A stretch of 61,639 nt of DNA, counting the filler, from Circinaria calcarea (lineage: Eukaryota): the NCBI GenBank assembly GCA_051942165.1. It is 9 parts of 9 records of this genome, joined end to end, with 100 filler letters (N's around TTAATTAATTAA, not from the genome) between each part and the next. Parts side by side here need not be neighbours in the genome. Positions count along the whole stretch, not along the records: positions 34,318 to 41,074 come from JAVECS010001497.1; positions 41,175 to 47,930 come from JAVECS010001498.1; positions 48,031 to 54,785 come from JAVECS010001499.1; 6 more parts are not named here. One strand, written 5' to 3'. Numbering within the stretch: the first letter of the stretch is position 1; each line of letters opens with the position of its first letter. The position numbers were made by a program, and so were the translations under genes. The notes under the pieces are model-generated. The model ran no database searches. It had not been told where the DNA came from and saw only the letters and a list, made by a program, of their open reading frames with translations. Positions 37,378 to 49,390 of this stretch are shown piece by piece.

Positions 37378-40300
37378 ATGTTGAGAACGCCACTGTTGTC
37401 TCAATTGCCAAATTCTCGACGGACTGGATTATATGCTACCCACCCATCTAGTGGGTTAGCTGATGAAGGAGAAAACCCCGGGCCTGAATCATATAGTACA
37501 GATCACGTACCCACGAGAGACTGTCAAAAAGGATATGCCCAGACCAGGCAAGCAGAGCATTGCCTCAATCCAGAGTTTATAATGGCAAACGGCGCTGAGA
37601 CTCCAACCCGGGACGGGGCAACATCCTTCGAAGGTCTCGAGCCTCTTCTAGGTAATGGGTCCGCCAGCAAATCTATCAGTTCCGCAGAGGAAACTGTAGA
37701 TGTCAACAGGAAAAGTAGAGAATGGGGTGACGAAAACCCATATGATAATTCACCGTTAGTTACACTATTGCCTAGTTGATATGCCACACTTCGTACAATC
37801 TTCTTCTATGTAGTCTGTCAAATGGGGAGCGATCTCCTATCTACACTGAAAAGCATACGAGCTGCACTGGTCTGTCGCCTGTGCATAAACATTTGTTTCG
37901 TTTCGTACCGGTTTAAATTTTAACACGACGAAACTCACCAATGTCTACTCAGCATTAGTAGCTGCACTGGCTGACTTTCTGTAGTTATCCACAGGTTCGC
38001 GCTTCTGTCTCCACCATCGACAATACTTCCCTATCTATCTGCAGTAAGCCGCCGCTCATTATGCACTGATAGCGGATTCTGATCATAAATAGCTCCGCGG
38101 ATGTGGATTCTCTCCCTGCTATTCGCTCTTATGGGTTCTGCTGCAAACCTATTTTTCTCCCTGAGGTATCCCAGTGTTGCCATCACGCCTGTCATTGCCC
38201 TTGTCCTCGTCCATCCCCTTGGCCGTAGTTGGGATATGTTCCTCAAACGAGATGATGATCCTGATGAGGACTTTGAGAATGGCATCAAGGTGCAGGGTAC
38301 AACTACTCCATCACATAACATAGCTGCGTCTAGCATGAAGCGTCTTAGACTGTTTTTAGCTCAGGGTAGGTGGAATGAAAAGGAGCATGCATGCGTGTAT
38401 ATTAGTAGCAATGTATCCTTTGGTTTTGCGTTCGCAACAGATGTATACCTTCCCAGCTCCGCCTATCGCTCCAAAACAGTCTGACTCCTTTCAGGTTATA
38501 GTCGAGCAGCACAAGTTCTACCATCAGAATCCCACCATTGTCTACCAGTTACTGTTGACAATCTCTACTCAGATTCTCGGATATGCCTTTGCTGGCCTTA
38601 CAAGACGGTACCTTGTGCGGCCCTCATCTATGATCTGGCCGAGTACCTTGATGTCTACTGCTATGTTCTCAACCATGCACAAATCCGAGAACAAAGTAGC
38701 GGACGGCTGGAAAATATCGCGCTGGAAGTTTTTCGTCTATGTGTGGATGGGGGCATTCTGTTGGTATTTTGTGCCCGGCTTATTGATGCCTGCTTTGAGT
38801 TACTTTAACGTTCTTACATGGTTTGCCCCGTCCAATGTGGTAGTTGCTAACTTGGTAAGCGGTAACCGTTACATTTGGAGGACTAGCATTGACAACCGTA
38901 TAGTTTGGTGTATCATCTGGCCTTGGCCTTTTCCCAATGACCTTTGACTGGGCTCAGATTGCGTATATTGGCTCACCACTAGTGACCCCTTGGTGGGCTG
39001 CTGCTAATGTTGTCGGTGGACTGGTTATTGTCATGTGGATTCTAGCACCTGCACTGTGTAAGAATATGTTCTTTCCATGTCCTAAAGCGAGGCTAATCGC
39101 TTCAAGATTACTCGAATGCTCTGTATAGCTCCTTCATGCCAATACTATCCTCGGCTGTCTTTGACAATACAGGAAAACCTTACGATGTTAGTAGAATACT
39201 TACGCCAGACTTTGTGTTTGATCAAGAGGCCTATCAGAAATACAGCAGGGTCTATTTACCCATTACATATGTTTTATCTTATACAGCTCAATTTGCCAGT
39301 TTATCAGCGTTGGTTACCCATACGATCTGTTGGCATGGCAAAGATATCTGGCAACAAACGAAACAATCATTGGTGAAAGGCGACGATGAGAGGAAGATAG
39401 ACTACCAGCCGATTAGTCAAGGAGAGACATCACCTCGGACTAGTATCAGGACCAAGTTTCTGGCAGAGCCCAGACTTAACAGCATCGGGGGTAGCACAGA
39501 TGTACACAACCACTTAATGTCCCGTTATGATGACTGTCCCATTAGTTGGTACATAACGACTTTTGTTGCCATGTTAACAATTGGCATATTTGTTGTTGAG
39601 TAGTAAGTACACGCCGTTCATTGAACAATAGTTCATAACAGATATAGCTACCCAGAAGTGCGATTACCCTGGTACGGTCTATTCCTCGCCCTCGGAATCA
39701 CCAGCATCATGTTCGTCCCAGTCGGAATCATCATGGCAATCACCAACCAGCACAGCAGCCTCTACCTCATCTCCCAGCTCATCTGCGGCGTCGTCTTCCC
39801 CGGCCGCCCAGTCGCCAACATGATCTTTGTCACCTACTGCTACATCAGCTCCGCCCAAGGCGTCAAATTCGCCGCCGACCTGAAACTCGGCCACTACATG
39901 AAAATCCCGCCCAAGCTCCTCTTCGCCGTCCAGATGACCGCCACCCTCGTCTCCAGCATCACCCAGATCGCCGTCCTCAACTGGATGTTTGTCAATATCC
40001 CGCGCATCTGCACCCCCGAAGCCGTCAACGGCTTCACCTGCCCCATTGCGCGTGTCCACTTTAACGGCAGCATCCTCTGGGGCGTCGTCGGTCCGGGCCG
40101 CTTCTTCGGCGAAGGTGCACTTTACAGACACCTCATCTGGGCCTTTCTCATCGGCGCCATCGCACCCGTCCTCCTCTGGCTCATCGCCCGCCACCGCAGC
40201 ACCACCAACAGCCAACCCAGCCTTCTCCGCAAAATCAGCCTCCCCGTCCTCTTCGGCAGCCTGAGCTGGATCCCTCCCGCCACGGGGCTCAACTTCTCCG

Positions 40301-40673
40301 TCTGGGCGCTCGTCTGCTTCGTCTTCAACTACGTACTCCGTCGCCGAGCGGGCAAATGGTGGGCCAAGTACACGATGACGCTGTCTGCGGCGCTGGACTC
40401 GGCGCTGGCGTTTGCGGTGCTGGTTGTGTTTTTCGGCGTCGTGTATCCCGGGTGGATGGAAGGCTTTTCGTGGTGGGGGACTGAGGTTTATAAGCAGGTG
40501 AGTTGTTCTTCTTGGGAATGAGGGAAGGTGGAAGGGGGGTTTGTGTTTTTAGGGGTTTAGGGAGAGGAAATGGGGAAATTTACTAATTCTTTTGAATTTG
40601 GATTTAGGGGTGTGATTGGAAAGCTTGCTCTTACCGGAGCGTAGCGCCGGGAGAGCGGTTTGGGCCGGATTAG
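37378..40673 (+). CDS. OPT-family oligopeptide transporter (start uncertain)
   Basis: NSP|YPQVRASVS, TPRMW, WNEKEHA, LVRPSSMIWPSTL, TFDWAQI, FDNTGKPYDVSRIL, DLKLGHYMKIPP, WGVVGP, LSAALDS; last exon 40608-40673. Confidence 0.92.
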
Positions 40674-41074
40674 GGACGTAGGTATTTGAGATTGCGGGGT
40701 GGTGGTGGCGTGGGAGAGGAGAAGCCCCCCCTGAGATCTGGGGGGAAAATTCCCATGGGGCGGAATTAATGTGGAAGACTAGTGGAATGTACCCGTGGAG
40801 CCAAGATAACCACTATCTGAACTTGAGAAAGAGAAAAAAGCTCCGAATGCATCTGCGGTAGAGCCATGGTGCACTGTGCGAGCTTTTGAATCTCTTTGGT
40901 GGAAAAGGGTTGGAGCAGATAAAAGCCTAATGTCACCATTTGCAGGGAATGAAGCCACGAAATAACAACCTCGTTATGATGAATAAAAGACTCGTAAATG
41001 GGGCAATATATTCAAATCTGGGAAACCGGATATCTATTCCAAACATCGAGTTTTTCAGTCTCAAACCTTCCACC

Positions 41075-41174
41075 NNNNNNNNNNNNNNNNNNNNNNNNNN
41101 NNNNNNNNNNNNNNNNNNTTAATTAATTAANNNNNNNNNNNNNNNNNNNNNNNNNNNNNNNNNNNNNNNNNNNN
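41075..41174. other. Artificial contig-joining spacer
   Basis: N44-TTAATTAATTAA-N44. Confidence 0.99.
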
Positions 41175-41237
41175 CCCTCTCCCCTCATCCGCCCCAATCT
41201 TATCCACCCAACTAACCTCTCCCCCTTGCCTTCGCAG

Positions 41238-41583
41238 TCCACCCTCCACCACAACATCGCCACTCTAACCGCCCAAATAACCTCGACGCGCGCCCAAATC
41301 GCCGCCATAGCACCCCAGCTCACGTATTTATTTTTCCCTTTTCCCTTCTCCCCTCCCCCCAATACACCCTCCAAAAAAACCAACACCTCATTCCTAACTA
41401 ACCCCCCCTAATCCATTACTCCCCAGATCCCCCGATCCAACCGCAGCCGTGACGCGGCACATCCGCCTGCTGCACGAGTACAACGAGATGCGCGACGTCG
41501 GCCAGGGCCTACTGGGCATCGTTGCCGAGAACCGGGGCGTGCGGGTGCGGGACGTGTATGAGGAGTTTGGGGTCGGGGAGGGG

Positions 41584-41589
<6 letters not shown>
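41238..41589 (+). CDS. swi5: Swi5/Sae3 DNA-repair (Rad51/Dmc1 accessory) protein, 3' exons
   Basis: Exons 41238-41323 and 41427-41589: ...RHIRLLHEYNEMRDVGQGLLGIVAENRGVRVRDVYEEFGV. Confidence 0.88.

Positions 41590-41619
<30 letters not shown>
41584..41619 (+). repeat. (GATT)9 microsatellite
   Basis: Nine perfect GATT units overlapping the swi5 stop codon. Confidence 0.97.
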
Positions 41620-42129
41620 AGGAAGGGCGGCTCGAACGAGAAGGGAGGAGAAAGAAGGGAAGAAGGGGAAAATAAGGGAGGCAAGAGAGGTGATGGGGAA
41701 CGAAAGAGCAGATAGATGGCTTTGGTGGACTGACTTTGCTACTCCAAAGGTATGAATGGGATGATCGAGCACTCAGTGGAGGATACAATCTCTAACAGTT
41801 TCATTTATTGTTCGACCTAGGACTTGTACGCGCATGTGACTTGGTAACTCAAAGTACTAGGTTGGGAGAGACCTTTTCATTTTAAGATGAACCACCTGAT
41901 GGCTAATATGTAAGGCTCGCCCAAGCAATCTATTTCTCCAGCGCCACAAAACCCCCTCGCCATCTATGCATATAGAATGTAAAAGTCCGCTCTCGAGGTA
42001 TCATCTAATGACAAATGGTATAAAACACATGAATCTGCCCAAAAAGCTGAATACCCAGGGATCGTATTCGTAATAAATACAATGAAAGATACTAAATGTT
42101 TTGAAAAGTTCCTCTCCAACTCAATCCCA

Positions 42130-45100
42130 TCATCCCATCTTGCCTAGACTCTGTAGGTTGACGAGTTCAAAGTACTTCCCCCTGAGCTTCAACAACTCAG
42201 CGTGTGTGCCGTTCTCAACGATTCTACCTTGGTCGAAGACATAGATCATATCGGCTTTTTGGATCGTACTCAACCGATGCGCTACCGCGATGGTGGTACG
42301 GCCTCGAGCTGCTGCATCAAGAGCTGCCTGAACAACCTTTTCGGATTCCGAATCGAGTGCGGAGGTGGCCTCGTCGAGGAGAAGAATCTTGGGATTTCGG
42401 AGAAGAGCACGTGCTATAGCCACGCGCTGTTTTTGACCACCTGAGAGTAAGCTACCCTTTGAACCAACAACCGTGGAGAAGCCGTCCCTAGAGAAGTATT
42501 AGTACTATGTCGACCGGTGGGAGAGCGCAGGACTCACGGTAGAGACATGATGAATTCGTAAATGTTCGCATCCTTGCATGCCTGTACAATAGCATCGTCC
42601 GGAACGTTATCGTTGTCTGCCCCAAGAAGAACATTGTCTCGGAGTGTTCCCTGGTATAGAGTAGGTTCCTGGCTGACCAGTGCCAAGTGGCCTCGGTAGT
42701 CATTGATGTTAAGACTCGATATCTCCTTGCCATCAGCAAAGATACCTCCAGCGAGCGGATCATAGAAGCGCTCCAGAAGAGCAATAGTCGTACTCTTGCC
42801 GCATCCACTGGCACCGACCAGGGCAACATACTGGCCAGGTTTGACTATCAAGTCCAATCCTCGGAGTACTGGCTGCTCCGGTCGAGTTGGGTATCGGAAA
42901 TGGACGTCTCTAAATTCTATCGTCCCTTCCATGTGTTGAATGCGTTCACCGTCTTGCGACCATGAATCTATCTCCGGCTTTCGGTCAAAGAGCGTCTTGA
43001 GTTCTCCTGCAGCTGATCTCGCCTTGCCCATGTCCGGTGCAAAGGAGAAAATGGTACCAGCTGACTGGGCGCCAAAGATGATGGCAGAAAAGCAAACGAA
43101 GAATTGAAACAATGAATACTCGCCAGCTGCAATTCGCTCACCTCCGTACCAGAAGCCAAGACCAATGCAGAGGAACATGAATGATTGCGATGATGCGTAC
43201 AAAATAGAGGACTTGAGCACAGAAACCAAGCTTTTGGATGCCTGAGCTATAAGAGACTGATGGTAATGTTCCCATACGTCCGCCTCACGGGTCAAGGAAG
43301 CCACGGTCCTGATTGCCGAAGTAGCCTCGCACGCATAACTCGCCGATTTCTCGTAGGCTTTCTTAGCTCTGTTTTGAAATTGAGTGAGCATCCAGAACCT
43401 AAAAAACCCACAGCAAAGCAAAATTGGGATTGTCGCAGTGCAAACAAGAGATAGCTTCCACCCAATCGCGGTAGCTAGCGCAATAGCTGCTATAAGTGTC
43501 GTTGAGACCACCAAGATTGTCCCCAGTGTTATTCCACTCATGCCGGCTACATGAGTTGCCTCGGTAGACAGAAAAGACGTCAACGCGCCTGCTGAGTTCT
43601 CTTCTTTGTCGAAGAAAGCAATGTCCTGGCGGAGCATCGTCCGGAAAGCTTGATCTCTCACCCTGTGTACGAGTCGCTCAGAGCAGATGGCAAACGCTAT
43701 TCCCTGACCGGCAAAAGCGATGAACTGTACAAAAGCTAGCATCAAGTACATTCCGGACCAGAAGTTGGCCTGCTGTCTTAGTTGTGCGTACATTGGGGCA
43801 GGAAGGGACAATGCAACGATGGCTTTCGCAAAGAACACGGATTGGGTAGGGTTGCCTCCACCGGCGATGATGCAACAGAACAGCCCGAAAAGCATAAGGT
43901 ATTTCTCGTTTTTATTGAAGTTACCAATAAGCTTGATCAGAGTCCATAAGGAATATTTGGACGACGAAGCTTGATCCTTCTTTTGCAACACCATACTGGA
44001 AATAGATTTCTCGGAAACGGTCCGATTCAACTTATTCTTGACATCGACATCGTCCGGATCGACCTTCAAAGCCGTTGCTTTCTCTGAGGTCTGGGTTTTA
44101 TAGAGCTTCTCCTCGATTTCGTCCAACTGCGCATTCACCTCTGCGTTTTTCTCTTCCAATTCCGCGGTGATACGCTGTGCTTCGACAAGATTATAGTAGG
44201 CACCTTCAGCATTGAGTAGTTGATTGTGTGTTCCCTGCTCGACGATCCTTCCGTGCGACATGACCACAATGTTATCGGCTGTTTTGATTGTTGAAAGCCG
44301 GTGGGCGATGACGATTGTAGTCCTGCCTTGGGAGGCAACATCCAATGCCGCTTGTACAACCCCCTCGGACTTCGTATCTAGGGCCGATGTAGCTTCATCA
44401 AGCAATAGGATCTTAGGATCACTGACCATTGCTCGAGCAATGGCAATTCTCTGTTTCTGCCCGCCACTCAGAAGGAATCCTCGCTCTCCAACATTGGTCT
44501 CATAGCCTTCAGGCAAGGATGATATAAAGTCATGCGCATTCGCCATCTTTGCAGCACCGATGATAAGCTCCTTTTGCTTCTCCTCTTCGACACTTTCGTA
44601 CTTGGTACCAATCAGACCATGTTGGATGTTGCCGTAGATAGTTGTACCAAATAAAGTAGGTTCCTGACTGACCAGAGATATTTGTTGTCGAAGCCAGCGG
44701 AGATTTAGACTCTGTATATTGTGGCCGTCAAGGAAGACATGACCTCCGATTGGGTCGTAAAATCTCTCGACGAGTCCGATGATTGTACTTTTGCCAGATC
44801 CCGATGCGCCAACCAAAGCCGTTGTTTTTCCGGCCGGTACAACAAGGCTGACGTCTTGCATCACTACAACTTCAGGCCGAGAAGGATAGATGTGCTTGAT
44901 ATTCTTCAGTTCGACAGTACCTTCCACACGTTCAAGCTTGTCGCCGGCTTCGGACATGGGATTGATAGGAGAGAGTCGATCAATGGTGTTGAATATCTTG
45001 CCGGCCGCAGCAACACTAGTGGTGAAAGCTTGAGCATTCGGAGCAACGTTTCCAAGGGCGAATGCACCAATGACGATGGACAGCAGGATTGTAAGGATTT

Positions 45101-46356
45101 GCGCCAACTGAACATCTCCGGCCACGAGATATCTTGATCCTTGCCAGAATGCAAGGCCATAGTTGAGATAGAGCTAGAGCAAAGTCAACCTCTGATTTGA
45201 ATAATGAATTTTGTTTGGAAAACCTACCACCGTAAACATTCCCGCAACCATGACTGCTAGAGTAATCTTTACTTTTGCGCCCCATTTCTCAGCTTCCGTC
45301 AAGTGTGCATCATACTGCCGTGCAAGCTTGCTTTGAGTGCTGAATGCCGTGGCGTTTCGTATTGAGCTCACGACCTCTTCGACGACACTTCCGCCCAAGG
45401 CATATGACTCCAGCGATTTCTTGTTGTACTTGACGATGAATCTTGATCCGGAGCCCATAACGAAAATGATAGCGAACATCGTGGATGATAAGATTAATGT
45501 CAACCTCCAGTATTTTATAAAACCTATGACAAATGCAGTGATGAAGGTTGCAAGAGCTGTAAGCGTGAGGGCAATCTTTTCCGATATACCGTCCTGGACC
45601 AAATTGGTATCCGATGTTATTCGAGTGGTGATTTCTCCTGCTCCTAGCTTATCGAAAAAGGCAATGTTCTGTCGCAGGATAGCAGCTAGGTACTGTTCTC
45701 TAATCTTGGAGGTAATATGCTCGCCCGAGTAGATGAACCCGACGGTAGAAATGTAAATTGTAACGAATTCACCTATAGCCAAATATATAAAGTATAAGGT
45801 GAAACGGGACAGGTCTGAGGAGAATTGCGGACGCGTGGTTTGTCCATTGAAAAAGCCCTGAAAAGTACCCGCCAATTGACCGAAGATAATCTGCGTCCGT
45901 TAGGAGGGATACCTATGTGGCTCTCCATGCCCGAGTGTATAATTCATCACTTACCGTCATCAGTGGCATCACAGCGCCACCAATTATCGCACACACGGCG
46001 GAGAGAATTATGATCAGGATGTCATTTCGCGTGGCATACCGGTACAGCGTCAGGAAGGAAACCTTGATCGGGGGTATCTCCAGCTGCCTCTTGACGATTT
46101 CCCTCTCATGTTCTGGGAGATGTGCATAGGCTGCGTCTCCATCTTTAACATCCTTGACCTTGATGACGGAGTCGAGCTTCTCCACCGCCAAGGAGCTCTG
46201 CGAAGATGAACCCGAGGAATTTATCTCTTCTTCATGCTTTTCGCCCACAACATTCCGACTCGACTTTTCATAGTCCAGGGAATGTAAAGAGCGCTCCTCG
46301 ACCTTTTCGTCTATTTCTTTGGCGGCATGCGCCAGATCTCCCCCAGTGCTATCCAT
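42130..46356 (-). CDS. ABCB/MDR full-length multidrug transporter (AtrD/Mdr1-like)
   Basis: [47 protein letters not shown] twice, GASGCGKST; four exons. Confidence 0.95.
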
Positions 46357-47689
46357 ACCACAGTGGGTCACGCAGAACAAAGTAATAGCCTCGGGTAGAT
46401 TGAGATTGTCCGACTAGAAATTCTTGGTATTCTCCCAGCGAAAGGACCGACGACGGTGTCGGTGGTGCTGTTAGGAGATTCGTGCGGGGAATATTAGATT
46501 CTAAGAGGCCGATGAAGTAATGTGTGGATGTGAGGCAGGTACAATGGATTTGTGGAAAATTAACTGGGGTAAAAGGAAAGACGTGGAAGTAAGCTGACTG
46601 TGAGCGAGAGAAGAGGCAGCAAAGGGCCACATCATGACTACCTATATTCCTGCTCTTTGGGCGTCTTCATAAACTCTGTATACGGAACTGTCAACACCCG
46701 GTGCCTTAGCGCATCGGCTCTCGGAGCTTTGACGAGTAGTCCACTCCCCCATGAGTCATGACGATGCCTAATACTACTTACTGCCTTAGGTCCTATGATA
46801 TAAGCCCTCACTCCGGAGCCGATGTGATTCATCCCTATTGCGCATTTGCCGCCAGGGTATAACGTCAAATAACGCTGCAACCTAGTGGTTGTCAGCATTG
46901 GGACCAGTAAATTCTTTCGGATCTATCCCCGGCTCCACACACGCATGGGTCTGACCGTACCGCATCAGGGGATTCGAAGCGAGTACTCTGTAACCACCGA
47001 CTCTCCGATACCCGATCTCTCCTATCTCCAAAGATGGGTGATGGCTTTTGTTTGCAGCATCACATTTCAAGTTGACGGGTTCGTTTGACTCATCAGCTGT
47101 ACCTGTACAGCATGCATGCCGCACAACCAGCGGTCAGTCCATTACGCTCTCGGATGTCATCCTTCAGAGCCGTAAGGTAGCATACTCCGTCCATGTCTGA
47201 ATGCGAGGCTGGAAGCCGGCAAATGTGGCTTCCGAGGGGAATTACTATGGTGAAAGGACCCCAGCGGAGCATCGTGTACATATCATAGATGGATCAAGTC
47301 CCAATGCACGACGTGAATGTACTCGAGAGTCCATTGTGCTTTGATGGGCTGATAACAATACATAGACGGTGTATTTACTTATGCCGACGGCAACCTCTGC
47401 TCATCCGCCTCGAGTCAAGTAGGAAGGGAACACATAATGGCGCATCTAAAAATACACAGTAGAGAAGTTTTCCAAACCGGTGGACTCAATCATTCAAACA
47501 TCTACCAAACGAGCTGAAAAAGGAACCTCATACTGGTAGACCTCTCCGCCACGTGACCATCACTCCGCACATACCACAAAATTAACCGAACCCAACCCTC
47601 GCACACCACTTGTCGCAGCCTAACATCACCATACACCACGAGAACCCTCCAAAACCAACTCCTCGACATCACAAACGCAAACCGTCACC

Positions 47690-47930
47690 ATGCCGGTAAG
47701 CTCTCCACATTCCACTCCCCACCCCTCAAACCCATCCTCTCTTCCCCTACTAAACATTCCCGCTAGAGCCACAAATCCTTCCGCACAAAGCAGAAACTCG
47801 CGCGCGCGCAGAAGCAAAACCGACCCATCCCGCAGTGGATCCGCCTGCGGACGGGCAATACAATTCGGTATTCCCATCCTCTTATTTTTCCTCCCCTCCT
47901 CTCACCCTCCTCCCCCTCTAACATCCCAAT
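47690..47930 (+). CDS. RPL39: 60S ribosomal protein L39 (last exon missing)
   Basis: Exon 47690-47695 (MP) plus 47767-47867: [34 protein letters not shown]. Confidence 0.96.
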
Positions 47931-48030
47931 NNNNNNNNNNNNNNNNNNNNNNNNNNNNNNNNNNNNNNNNNNNNTTAATTAATTAANNNNNNNNNNNNNN
48001 NNNNNNNNNNNNNNNNNNNNNNNNNNNNNN
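47931..48030. other. Artificial contig-joining spacer
   Basis: N44-TTAATTAATTAA-N44. Confidence 0.99.
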
Positions 48031-48621
48031 AGAGCTCCAATCCTATCCACATGAGCCAAATCCTGCCCTTCTCCAACTCAACCCAGTCGATGAATCTCAG
48101 CTGTTCCATTGGGAAGCTGTAATGAAAGGTGTATCGGGGAGCGCATACGAAGGTATATATTGCCATTGCAAGCCACTATTCCCCATGCGCGCATCAATCA
48201 ACAGCCGAGTCAAAACTGGAAGGCTGATTTTGTTGCCGGAAGCTGGGCTATGGAAGCTTGATATTGGAATACCAGACAATTACCCCCTCGCTCCTCCAGC
48301 AATAAAATTTCTAACCCCCATATGTCACCCGAACGTTCACTTCAAGGTAGGCTCTCCCATGGAACCCCTCGCTTGAAGAGACCAGTTACCGACTTCCAAG
48401 GATAGACTGGGGAGATCTGCCTAGACCTACTCAAGACCTCCTGGACGCCCGCATATACAATATCATCGACTCTGACATCAATACACCAGCTTCTGACCTA
48501 CCCCGAGCCGGATAGTCCGCTCAATGTGGATGTGGCCTCACTACTGAGGCAAGGGGATCTCATAGGAGCGGAGGGACTGATCAGATGGTGCTGTGAGGAG
48601 TGGAGGTGGGACGGACGATAG
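48031..48621 (+). CDS. PEX4: Ubiquitin-conjugating enzyme E2, peroxin-4-like (5' truncated)
   Basis: LFHWEAVMKG...YE|AGLWKLDIGIPDNYPLAPP...ICHPNVHFK|TGEICLDLLKTSWTPAY...PEPDSPLNVDVASLLRQGD. Confidence 0.85.
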
Positions 48622-49390
48622 AGAACATCACATGTGAATATGGTAAATCTCGGTTGTGGGACTCCTGGAGCATAAAGGTCAGTGAACAAGGGTAGGCATT
48701 GAAAGTGTTTTGGATAGTGCCGAGTCTGATGTTTACAACGAAGTTCAGTGATTTAGAAGGTTGGTCAGGTTACTTATCAACAAGCCCATCGGTTCAATGG
48801 ATCAAAATACTTGAAACTTCCCGATAGTGCCTTTCAGTAATCCCATCTATTGGTACTATCTAAGGCCATACAAGGCTTCAAGGATTCAATGAACAGCCTA
48901 ATTAAGATCAATCGAACCGGGAGAAAGAAGTTCAACAAGCCCAACGATGGTCAACATTTCCTAGCCGTGGTTTCCAGCATCATCGTCGAATGGTAACGTC
49001 AATGTATCAAGCCTCATAAGGCTTTACGGGTTTTAAACCCTGTACGGATGAGAACATTCTCTGATTGAAGGTTTTCAAGTTTGATCGTCTGGACGTCTGC
49101 ATGGATCTCAATAAACCATATGAAGGCTTCGTGAACTCTTATAAGCTCTATCAGATGAACAGTAGACGTAAACAGTGTTCCTAGCATCACTGTTGAACAT
49201 CGGTGACGGGAAAAGTGCCGTTACCCCTCCCAATCTTCCAAGTCTATGCGTTGTCAGTGGGTGGCTGAGTAAGGGTGTGGCTGCGCAAGGTAGCTTCTCA
49301 GCCTGATTGGCTGAATACAATATGCATAAAGGTTGGGACTGCTGGTTGACCTCTCCACAACAAGACATATCTAAATAGCAAAAAGGAACT

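Noticed and set aside
41394..41772. ORFs with NQSI repeats
   Set aside because: Antisense translations of the (GATT)9 microsatellite and swi5.
7194..46356. Apparent secondary-metabolite cluster (hydrolase, two P450s, lactonase, ABC transporter)
   Set aside because: The genes lie on different, arbitrarily adjacent contigs, so no linkage can be inferred.
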